Part shown: positions 51,740-61,791 of the stretch, piece after piece | How positions within the stretch are numbered: position 1 is the stretch's first letter | Layout of the letters: each line of letters opens with the position of its first letter | The notes under the pieces: model-generated | What the model was told of the DNA's origin: nothing | Seen by the model: only the letters and a program-made list of their open reading frames with translations | Database searches by the model: none | From: Lama guanicoe | Taxonomy: Eukaryota | Assembly (NCBI GenBank): GCA_013239625.1 | Contig: MU053934.1 | Coordinates: 10,313,352-10,377,351 of the forward strand | DNA length: 64,000 nt | Reading direction: 5' to 3' | Position numbers and translations under genes: made by a program

Positions 51740-52000
51740 TTGTTACTGACGCCATGGACATCTGGTGTCCAGCCCCCTTACCCCTCTGGTGGCAGAATCC
51801 CTCTCTGGGGGACCCACGACTCTCAGTCCTTGTAGTTCAGGTGGGCTGACCCCACGTCTACCTCCCCTGTCAGGATGAGCAAGACACCCAGGGCTGGCCG
51901 ATCAGAGCCCACGGCAATTGGCTCAGAGTCCATGGTGACTGGCTCAGAGGAGGTCACATGACTCCAGGCAGGCCAATCAGAGTCTCCCCTGAAACCTTTA
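51740..52000 (+). mobile_element. Old ERVL/MaLR LTR 5' part (LTR33/MLT1K-like)
   Basis: gtgactggctcagaggaggtcacatgactccaggcaggccaatcagagtc is the typical CCAAT-box segment of these LTRs. Confidence 0.55.
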
Positions 52001-52029
52001 TTCAGAAAAATTAGGAACAGGGCACTTTT

Positions 52030-52235
52030 AAAAAGTCTGAGCGTCTGCTGTGTACCAGGCGCTGGGCTAGGTGTTTGCCCGCATTGTTTGTGATCCTGAC
52101 AAGCACTGGGCCTGGTAGTCGGGATCCTCTCTTTGTTGCAGGTGAGGAGATCAACCCTGAGGGAGGCTGTGAGTGTCCTGAGGTCACCTGACAGTGTTTG
52201 CAAAGCCAGGACGGGGTTTCCAGCCTGTCTCCCTC
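52030..52235 (-). mobile_element. MIR SINE
   Basis: tgagcgtctgctgtgtaccaggcgctgggctaggtgttt...ttgcaggtgaggagatc. Confidence 0.65.
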
Positions 52236-53219
52236 CACGTGGCTTTCAGGCTCCCTTAGTACCTGGCGCTGCCCTCCAGGCTGCCAGCACGTCCTCGCCC
52301 GAATGAGAAAGGTCAGGATGTGTGGGTACCTATGAAACCAATGTCTTCAAGAGCCACACCTGGAATCTCAACGGCTCTCAAGGCCATTTCTAGGTATTGG
52401 TCCTGAGGAAAGGCTCCGAAGTCCACACACAGACTCAGGAAGACTGCTGTTCATTCATCACTGGCCAATTTGTGAGAGGGAGAAATTAGAACCTGCCTAA
52501 ATGTCCTCTAATGAGGAAATGATTAAGTAAATTATGCAGCCAAAGATGCTTACAATGAGTTTGTAATAACACGGGGAAGTGTCTAGCATGCTAAGTGAGA
52601 AGCACAACCAGGCTAGCATTGCATTTGGAGGCTGACCTCACCCACACACAGTTACAGATTGAAAGACAGACGCAGCTTTTAAAAGACTGAAATTTGTCTC
52701 CACTGTGGTTTTCTCTGGCTGGTGAGATCTGTGCTTCCTTTTTATTCTTAGTTTCCAAAATTTCCAAGATAGGTGAGTGTTGTGTTTCGAGTCAGTGCAG
52801 GAGAAAACATGATATTAAAAATTCTGGTGAGGAAAATGGCAACAGGGCTTTTGTTCTCGACCGAGCTGATAATGCTCACCCCCCGTGCCCACCCCCGGCT
52901 AGAGGCAGAGCAACAGGAAGGGTGGTTTGCACGGGAGCCAGGTTTTGGGTTTACAATGTGCGTTTCTGTACGTGACCTTGTCTGGTAAGCAGACCCGCTT
53001 TGTGTGGTAAACAGGGCAGGTCCTTCTTCTCAGCTTTATTTTAATTTTGTTTGTTACTGTCATTTATACCATACATGCAAAAGAATGCATAAAATATAAA
53101 TACGGTTGGCAGAGAAGTAACAAGACAAACACCCACACATCCAGCCCCTGGGATGGGAAAGAGAATATTCTGGAAGCTGAGATCTTCTGTGTACCGCTTC
53201 CTAATTCTGTCTCCCTCCC

Positions 53220-53975
53220 TCCCTGACATTTATGGGGCTCGGGGCAAAAGGACAAACACAGCCCCACATCCACCATATGTCGAAATATTTAGAAATTATA
53301 AATCAAGTTAACGAACCAGTAAATAAGAAATGTTCTAGCCTCCTGCTTTGACAAATATACCTTCGTAACAACAAAACTGAAAAGATACAAAGTGATGGGT
53401 TATTTTTTGGTAACTGGAAGCTGGCAAACTGTCAGAGAATGGGATTTAATTATTATTGCAGATGCCTGGGTGTTCTGTTGATGGGCCAATAAAGCCTGGA
53501 TAAGTAATAAAACAAAAACATGCATAATTTATAAATGACTGTATGTTTATTCTATAAAATTGATTTTCTTGCCTTCATTTCAGCAATATCGCTAATTGTG
53601 TTGTATAATTAAGATTTTCACACAATTTGCATTTTATTGACAGTAATGACAAATTAGACACCCTTTCTCCAGCCACTGTAGTTCTTAGATACGTTTTAAA
53701 AAGGGAATTTCAGTTTGGAGAAACTCTTTGATCCGCCAGAGCAGTAGTAGCGGGGATGGTCAATAACATTCTTAAAGAAAGATATTGATTTGGAAATTAC
53801 CCAAAATTCTTTGAAATGTTATTTATAAGGTTTAATCATTCTAATGGGGCTGCATATTCTACGTGATCATTAACATGGAAACATCCTAACGTATTTTAAT
53901 TTCATTGTAGAGAATCACTATCACTTATCTCACAGTATTCATCCTGTTTCATTGTTGGTATCAAGATATGTGAAC
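53220..53975 (-). mobile_element. hAT-Tip100 (Zaphod/MER115-like) DNA transposon fragment with transposase C-terminus
   Basis: The terminus ggggctcggggcaaaagga..aaa...ccatatgtcgaaatatttagaaattataaatcaag matches recalled Zaphod. The minus strand 53796->53605 translates, with frameshifts, to FPNQYLSLRMLLTIPATTA..SFSKLK..TYLRTTVAGERVSNLSLLSI, a hAT dimerisation domain. Confidence 0.8.
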
Positions 53976-53984
53976 AACTTATAT

Positions 53985-54502
53985 ATCCATTGACAGATGA
54001 CTGGATAAATAAGTTGTGATATATTTATACAATGGAATAGTACTCAGCCATAAAACAGAATAAAATAATACCATTTGCAGCAACATGGATGAATCTGGAG
54101 ATCGTCATTCTAAGTGAAGTAAGCCAGAAAGAGAAAGAAAAATACCATATGATATCACTTATATGTAAAATCTAAAAAAAGAAAAAAGAAGACATGAATA
54201 AACTTATCTGCAAAACAGAAACAGACTCACAGACATAGAGAACACATGTATGGTTACTGGGGGAAAAGGTGGTGGGAAGAGAGAAATTGAGATTTCAAGA
54301 TTTGCAAATACTAACTACTATATATGAAATAAAAAAACAAGAAATTTCTTCTGTACAGCACAGGCAACTATATTCAATATCTTGTAGTAAGCTGTAATGA
54401 AAAAGAATATGAAAACGAGTGTGTATGTATATGTATGACTGAAACATTATGCTGTACACTAGAAACTGACACAGTGTAACTGATGATACTTCATTTAAAA
54501 AA
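53985..54502 (+). mobile_element. Young 5'-truncated L1 3' end (AT-rich, unshifted)
   Basis: Closely homologous to the reverse complement of 14841-15360 (ccatttgcagcaacatggatg..tctggagatcgtcattctaagtgaagtaag). Confidence 0.9.
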
Positions 54503-54834
54503 CCCAAAAGATTCTTGTAACACTGTAAAGAATAGATACCAAGCCCCGTCCATGTTACATCCAATTCTTCGTGATGTAAAGTGAGGGGGGTTACCTTATG
54601 CTGCACGATGGTTCCCAGCTTCCACGTGTGACTGTCACCTGTGCCTCCCGACTGATGAGGGCCTTCGAAACCAGAGCTGCTGTCCAGGGAGAGGCAAGAC
54701 AGAGGTCCCTTGGCACTGCTGGGCGGACACCTTCCTAATGACCAAACTGAAAAGGTGGGTAAGATGATGACAACACAGCAACTGACCTTGTCCACACTAT
54801 TTGGGGGAAGAATTCGACAATTAGCCTCTCCTCT

Positions 54835-55296
54835 GGTTCCCAAGTCCAAGCTCGTATGTCAGGCCAGTAAATCAGGGGAGGAGGTGTTGGGGCAAGGAAT
54901 AGCAACTTTATTAGGAAAGCCAGGAGACCGAGGAGGTGGTGGACTAGTGTCCCAAAGAATCATCTTACCTGAGTTAGAATTTATGCTTCATTGATACTAA
55001 AAGGGGAGGGAGCAGAGCCAGATATTTCCTGGGCCTGGAGGGGAGGTGTTAATTTCTTCCTTCCTGACCTCGTTCACTGGCGGGTCTGGCCAGGATGTTT
55101 CCTGTGAGCTAAACGCCCATGGCCTGGGAGGCAGGGTTCCCAGAGATGGGCCATATTGTTAGTAAGCTTACAGGCAGCGCCCCTTTAGTGGTTAACTTGT
55201 AGCCAAAGCAACAGAATAAGGTTAAAAGTGGAAGAAATATAAAGGTTAACGTGAAAGAAGCATCCAGGATGGAGTCAGCTTTGTTCTTCCCTGTTT
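54835..55296 (-). mobile_element. ERV1-class LTR (related to the 61172 copy)
   Basis: Shares gtgttggggca.ggaata..aactttatt...gaccgag.ag.tgg.ggacta.tg.cc...atactaaaaggggaggg with 61172-61360; AATAAA on the minus strand. Confidence 0.8.
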
Positions 55297-56549
55297 GGTC
55301 TTCCCTGTGCTTCCTCCTCTCAGGCCCTCTCTCCCTGACGGCAGCATCGGCCTCTGACGGACTCGGGCTGGTCCCGGGGGCCGGAGACGGGGCGTGCTCC
55401 TCGGGTGCTGGAGCACAGGTCTCGCTGGGCTGGAGTGAGGCGGGCGCCCAGGGGTTCTTTAATGGGTGGCTTCTGGGGGTCCCAAAGCAGCAAGTTCAGA
55501 ACAGGGACCCCTCTGGAGGGACCTTCTGGAGGCAGGAGCATGACTTGCTCTCATTCCTTCCTGGCTTTTCTGGACCATCCAGGACAATCTGTTGTAAATA
55601 CCAGAAGGCCTCGGGGCACACAGCACACGTGTGACGTGTAAGGAAGGGTGCGTCACGCCGGTGAAGGAAGAGAGGCTGAGAACACAGGGCTCACAGACCC
55701 TGGGTCGCCCTCAATTTCAGCTTTCCTGAGGGTTTGCAAGTCCCTCTTGGGGAAATCGGTGGGCAAGACCCAGGGATCCCCAGTGTCTGGAAGCACTGCA
55801 GGGCGGCCTGTGTTTCTGCTTCATGGTTTCAGGACCCGGTCTCTGCAGAACGTGGCCGTGGATGGCCGAGAGTGCATGCTTCCGGTGGTCCTGCAAGCGC
55901 CGGGTCGAGGGGAGGCCAGGGCTCCCTCTGTGTGTGGCTGTGCCCAGCGCAGGTCAGGACTCGGGCCGGTGTTGCCCGGGCGTTCTGTCCTTTGGGTGGT
56001 GATACGACAACAGGGAGCATCTGGGTGCATCTAAGCATGTCTGTCTCTTGGGCTGGACCACCCAGCCTGGGCTGTCAGCCTCTGCGCCGATCTCCTCCTC
56101 CTCCAGGGGGCCCTCTGCGTCGACCGCCTGCTTCCTGAGCCTACTTGCCTCTTTTCTTCTTTTATTCGTTGGTTTTGGTGGAGTCATCCCTCAGTACCTG
56201 CTCGAAGAACAACTCAAGGAGGTTAAGTTCTGAGTCCAGTCCCTGTGTGTGTGGAAATGCCATCACGCTACCCGTGCGCCTGCCTGAGCATCTCCCTGGG
56301 TAAAGAATTCTAGCTGGAAGTGCTTCCCCTGGGGATGCGGGCAGCTCTGCCTCGCTGTGCTCTGCGCTTCAGGGTTGCCGCTGAGACGTCCGACTCCGCT
56401 TCGCTTTCTGGTTCTCTGTGTGCGACCTGTTTTCTGGCCCCATCTGGAGGGCTGAAGAGTCTTCCGCACTTGTCCTGGATTCTGACGTTTCCCAGCGACG
56501 TGTCCTGGTCTGGTCCATCCTCATCTGTGTGTTTTGGGCACTTGGTGGC

Positions 56550-56770
56550 CTTTAAAAAAAAAACTGAAGTTGTCAGTGCTCAACGTTGCGTTACTTTCAA
56601 GCGTACATCACGGTGACTCCGTCCTCCATGCACGTGCGCATATGTCCCTTCTGTTCTTTTCCATTACGTGTTATCACAGGGGTTTGACTGTGGCTCCCCG
56701 TGCTGTGCCCAGGACCCTCTGTTTATCTCTTTCGTGTACAGCAGCGCGTGTCTGCAAGTCCTGAACTCCT
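56550..56770 (-). mobile_element. L1 3' end (strongly GC-shifted) within older LINE debris
   Basis: Alignable to the reverse complement of 42674-42824 (shared gtgactc and ttcttttccatta anchors). Confidence 0.75.
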
Positions 56771-57974
56771 GGTGCACCCGCCACCCCTTCAGAATGACGT
56801 CCTTCCCTCCCGTTCTTTGGAGCTCCTGGTTTTGCCTCGTGGGTGCAATGCTGTCTCTCTGAGGTGTGCGGGGAGCCTTCCTCCGGCCAGCCCTTGCTCG
56901 CCCCCCTCTTTCCCACGGTTGGCTTTGGCATCTGTTCTATGCTGGAGGCGGACGTCTGCTCATCCGGGCTCTCAGCTCAGAAGGGAACGGGGGTCCAAGA
57001 AGCAGGTGGAAGCTCTGAGTGCCGGTGGGGGTGGTCAGCGTCGAGTCTCACTGCAGGGCGATCTGGGTGGACCGTGTCTGGGGACCCGTGACATCCGCAG
57101 ATACTGGACGTTCCTCTTGGGCTGGTGGGGTTCTCCCAGCGGTTCTTCTGAGACAGGAGGAAAGGGGACAGGGCACAATCACTAAAGAAATGACCCAGCC
57201 ATTTAGCACCAAGGTGATGGAAAACTCAGCTCCCAATAGAGCTGGAGGCCCAGGGTGGCGGGAGGTTCGCCCTCCAGTGGGCTTTGAGCTTCATTGTCCG
57301 CATTGCAACGTCCATCAGCTCTGCTGGGACGCCTGGCCCAGAGTCTGTCCTCCTTCTCCGCAGAGTAAACCCAAACTTCCGCCAGGGTGGACGTGCCCCG
57401 GGCTGCAGGGAGCGCGCAGGACTCACAGCCCCTCGTGCGCTTCACCCAGTCCTCTCCGCCCCACCAGCCTCCTTTCGTCTCGGCTTCCAGAAGTGCCCGG
57501 TGTCTCAGTGGCCGACCTCGTTGGTCTGGTCAGTTCTCGCATTTCCGGGCTGTGGGCTTGGGCTTTGGCTCTCTCAGGCCAGACGAGCTGCTCAACAGCC
57601 CACGTGGGCGGCACCGGTGCCTGGTTTGCATTGGTCCCTCAGAGTCTGTTTCACTGAGTGAATTGAGGGGAATGACCAGCTGGCCTGGCCTCCCTGTGCC
57701 CCTCACTGCGAGCACGAGACCCAGATCCTCCCCTGAGCAGGCCTGGCGCCCCAGGGCCCGGGGAGGGGGCGGGGCAGGTGCTCGCACCCCCAGCACCTCC
57801 GGGGGGACCTGAGCAGGCCCGGGGCTGGCGGGGCCGGCGGCAGCGGCGTGGCGCGGCGTGGCAGGAGCCGGGCTCCGCAGGATGGGGGGGTCATTAGCCA
57901 GCGTGACGTCCACGACACACCTTGAGCTGCACCCACACACTCACCGTCCCCAGCTGCTAAATAAATAGTTCAAA

Positions 57975-58190
57975 AATTTGTGGATACTGACAGGCGTATG
58001 CAGAATAGATAAATAATATTATACTGTGTAGCACAGGGAAATAGATACAAGATCTGGTGGTAGCTCACAGCGAAAAAGAATGTGACAATGAATATATATA
58101 TGTTCATGTGTAACTGAAAAATTGTGCTTGAGACTGGAATTTGACAACATTGTAAAATGACTATAACTCAAAAAAAAAAGGTTAAAAAAT
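57975..58190 (+). mobile_element. Young L1 3' end with A-rich tail
   Basis: atactgtgtagcacagggaaatagatacaagatctggtggtagctcacagcgaaaaagaatg...aactcaaaaaaaaaag. Confidence 0.88.
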
Positions 58191-58959
58191 AATGAAGACT
58201 GTGCTTGTAAGCCCGGCCTCCCCCCAGCCCCCTGCGATGGGCAGGCTTTGTCTCTGTGCTCTGAGCAGCCCCTCCTGGTCCGCTGGGAGGATGTGCGCTC
58301 GGTGGCCGGGCCTTGGTGACAATGGCGCTTCCGGGAGACCAGGGCCCCCTGATGGTGGCTGGGGACAGCTCAGGGTCTCCTTGGCCTTCCCACCAGCCAC
58401 GGAAGGTTCTGGACGTCCGGCGCTGGGGCTGAGAGGCTTGGCCTCCTGGGCGTCGCTCCTGCAGCCCAGCCCCGAGCCCACGGCTCGAGCTCCCGGGTGA
58501 GAACCGCTTTCTCGGGGCAGGCTGTTCTTTCGCTGGCAGCTTCCCACGGCGGCCGGGTGCCTGCCTGCACATGTGAACACACTTTACTCGGTGCTGTGTT
58601 GTCTTCCTGCAGCTTTCATTTTTTTATTCTTATTCTTTTCTTCCAGAGAGACGGAAGCCACTTTGAGTGAAGAAGTCATTCACTGAGGGCACGGTGTCCG
58701 TGTTTGGTATTGGAACCACCCGAAGTCAGGGATCCACAGGACTGATGCTCTCTCTGGGCGGAAACCAGGAAACGGGAATCCAGAGAACCGGGTGTCCCTG
58801 CCTCCCAGCAGGAAAGACGCAGGGTTTCAAGCGACCCAAGCGGCCCCAGTCCGGGAGCAGCGTGTCATCAGCTCCGCGCGAAGTGGCCGAGGTAAGTTTC
58901 AATCCGGCGTGTTGGCCAGTGGAGGCTAGTGGTCCACATCGCCCCCCAGGGATCAGCTG

Positions 58960-59200
58960 CTGGCCGTGTGGGTTGTTCCCACACTTGGCTGTTGCGAATA
59001 AGGCTGCCATGAACACGGGAGTGCAGCTGCCTTTTTGAGACCCTGCTTTCAGTTCTTTGGGGTTTATACCCAGAACTGGGCTTGCTGGATCACATGGTGG
59101 TTCTGTTTCTAATTTTGGAGGAAGCTGTGTACTGTTCTTGACAGCGCTGCGCCCTCGAGGAGTCCCATCACAGTGCGCAGGGCTCCGCTCTCCCACGGCC
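58960..59200 (-). mobile_element. L1 (L1MA/MB-type) ORF2-end fragment
   Basis: Minus-strand peptide EPPCDPASPVLGINPKELKAGSQKGSCTPVFMAALFATAK matches L1 ORF2p (ELPYDPAIPLLGIYPKE...CTPMFIAALFTIAK). Confidence 0.85.
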
Positions 59201-59439
59201 CCACCTCCACCTTGTTAAAATACTGTGTTGCAAGATGCACTCCTGCAGGAGACGCTGCCCCACGTTCTGGACGGGAGGAGCCCCGCCCGTCAGGAAGGGC
59301 GCCCCGGCCTGGCTCTGTCCCCTCAGGTCTCTGAGACTCAGGGGGACTGGAGGGAAGGGCCCCTTCTGGTGCATGGCCTCCCTCGGCTGCAGCAATTCTC
59401 CAAACCAGAGCAGTCACAGGAAGGAGCCCACGGTGCCCG

Positions 59440-59815
59440 CGTGCATCTGCACGTATGTGCACACATGTCCACTTGTACCCATGTGTGTATCTGCACACAC
59501 CCATGCACACGCACACACGTCTGCAGGTGCACACACATGTGAACACGCAGGTGCCCCCGTGCATCAGCGTGTGTGCTCAGGGACACATCACACACATGTT
59601 GGCACGTGCACCTGTGTGTATCTGCATGCACAGGCACACGTGCACAGATGCTGGTGCTCACACATGTGAGCACCTGCACACACCCACAGACGTGCTCCCC
59701 TGGATGTGTGCCTTACCGACGGTGCCCTGCACACCCGTGTGTGTGTGTGTATGTGTGTGTATGTGTCTGTGTGTCTGTGTGTCTGTGTGTGTCTGTGTGT
59801 GTGTGTGGGGGGGGG
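59440..59815. repeat. Degenerate alternating purine-pyrimidine tract ending in (TG)n/(TGTC)n and a G run
   Basis: gtgcacacacatgtgaacacgcaggtg... then gtgtgtgtgtgtgtatgtgtgtgtatgtgtctgtgtgtctg. Confidence 0.9.
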
Positions 59816-61171
59816 GCATCAGCCCTCACCTCCCCCTTCGCTCAGGGAGCTGCCGGAATGGCTGTAAGGTCTTTGTCAGTCTGGCCTCCAGGACTTGCGC
59901 AGTTTTCAACAAAAAGTGCACCTGCTTTTGGCACCTGCTGCAGGGAGTGTGGGTCTGTGTCTGCTCCGAGCGCTTCCTCTGAGGCTGTGGGCCCCTGGAG
60001 GGGACGTTGCCCAGGGAGACGCAGGCGGTGGAGGAGGCCTGCGGCTGGGAGGAGTGGGCGACTTCCTTCCACCCTCCCCGCCTTCCTCCCTCCCTCTCCT
60101 TCCTGCCCTCCCTCCCTGACGTCCCTCCTCCCGTGGCTCCTTCCACCTTGTGCCACGACCCCGCCCGTCTCCCAGCCCGGCTCTCTCTGGGGTGCAGCCT
60201 CGTGCACGTACCCGGATCCCTATGGGGAGGACACACTCCTGACTGCGGGCAGACACGCCCGCTCCCAGAGCAATGGGCGACCGCGGCAAGCTCTGCCCCC
60301 GCCCCCCAACCAGGGCCCCCAGGGCTCTGGAGCACAGCCAAGGGGCGGATATTCCTTCTGCGGCGGGAAGCGGGCATCACGGTAGAAACACCGAGCGGGC
60401 TTCTGAGGGCTCAGCTTTTGCAGTTTCTGCTCTGACTTATTTAGGGAACGGGACATTCTTGCTTAGGGAGTAGATTGTTTGACTCATGTCAAGACACGGT
60501 GAACGACACGGAGGCTCCTGGATGACGTAAACGCCTTTCTGATGTTGCCTGGGCTTCTGGAGCCATTCTTGCCTGAGGAGGCTTCCTCTAAAGGGACAGA
60601 TGTCCACGCGAGGGCTGGAGCACAGACACCCCGCTGGAAGCTGTTAGAAAAAAGATGTTTGTTCCCTGAACAGGCCGGGACTCACAAGACAAGAGTGAGG
60701 GTTTGAATGAGCGAGTGGTACTCTCATTCCTGGGGTCTGCATGTAAAACCCGCCAACAAAACGGATGCGTCAGATTCCTCCCCAGTTAGAGGGAACTGGT
60801 TCTTGGCTCTTGGGAAGGTGGGGGCAGGCTCTCTGCACCTCTGTCCCCAGCAGCTGACCACAGAGAACTTGCTGTCTGCCAAGAACTCACATGTAGTTTC
60901 TCATTTAACCTGCACAAGGCATTACCATCCTCATCTGAGAGAGGCGGGGACTGAGGCTCGGAGTCGGGGCGGGGCTTGTCCCAGGTGCAGAGATGGTCCG
61001 TGTCACAACCAGGTTATATGCTCCTTCTTGTCTGACTGCAAAGCTCAAGTTCATAAACAAACGTTTATTTAGCAATTGAAATGATTTCGGTCCTTTAGGT
61101 ATGCGAAGGAGAGATCTTGGAAAGAAATGAAACCCCAGAGACATTTGTATCTAATGAAGGCACAGTCATTT

Positions 61172-61791
61172 TGTCACCGAGTCCAAAGCCATTTTGCTCG
61201 CCACACAGCAGGCTAATAAATTGGGAGACGATGTGTTGGGGCAGGAATAATGACTTTACTTGGAAAGAAGGCAGACCGAGAAGATGGGGGACTAATGCCC
61301 TGGAGAACCATCTTCCCCAAGTCAGAATTCAGGCTCCTTTTATACTAAAAAGGGGAGGGGGTGTGGCTGGCTATTGCAAACTTCTTGGTGTGGGAATCCT
61401 TTGTTCTTGCAGCCGTCCGCGTGGGTCAGGTCAGGATGTCCCTGTAAACCTCCAACAAGACATGTTATTCTAGGGAGGAGGGCACGGCTCAGTGGCAGAG
61501 CACATGGTCAGCACGCACAAGGCCCTGGAGGCAATCCCCAGTGCCTCCATTAAAAACATAGACAAATATTTTTCTTTGTTCTGCAACTTGGTATCACTAG
61601 ATGAATGGAAAAGTGTCACACCCTTAAAGGTCAGAGCCTTGAGCGTGGGCTCGCCTGTGTATTTCAGGCTCCAGGAAACATTCTTTTACAGAAGGAGCAG
61701 AACCAGCACGTCTGAGCCCGGGACACAGAGCCCAGGGCAGAGCCAAAGGGGCAGGTCTAATACGGAGACTGACGTGTTCTTCCCCGTCACA
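61172..61791 (-). mobile_element. ERV1-class solo LTR interrupted by a SINE
   Basis: TG...CA termini (tgtcaccga...ccgtcaca). Flanks attt / gttt are a 3-of-4 match to a 4-bp TSD. Confidence 0.8.
61473..61560 (+). mobile_element. tRNA-derived SINE (camelid Vic-1-like)
   Basis: gggaggagggcacggctcagtggcagagcacatggtcagcacgcacaaggccctggaggcaatccccagtgcctccattaaaaa: A box, degenerate B box, A-rich tail. Confidence 0.85.

Noticed and set aside
51028..51849. 273-aa ORF
   Set aside because: Non-ATG start, no recognisable homology, runs into an LTR remnant.
57890..57972. CRE-like TGACGT plus TAAATAAATA as a promoter
   Set aside because: Motifs are short, the AT run abuts an L1 insertion, and the segment may be hAT-derived; not supportable without CAGE data.
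59573..60385. 270-aa Cys/Val-rich ORF
   Set aside because: Translation of (TG)n and pyrimidine-rich simple repeats.
61473..61560. tRNA-like sequence as a tRNA gene
   Set aside because: Degenerate B box, A-rich tail, inserted in an LTR, with sister copies elsewhere in the window: a SINE.
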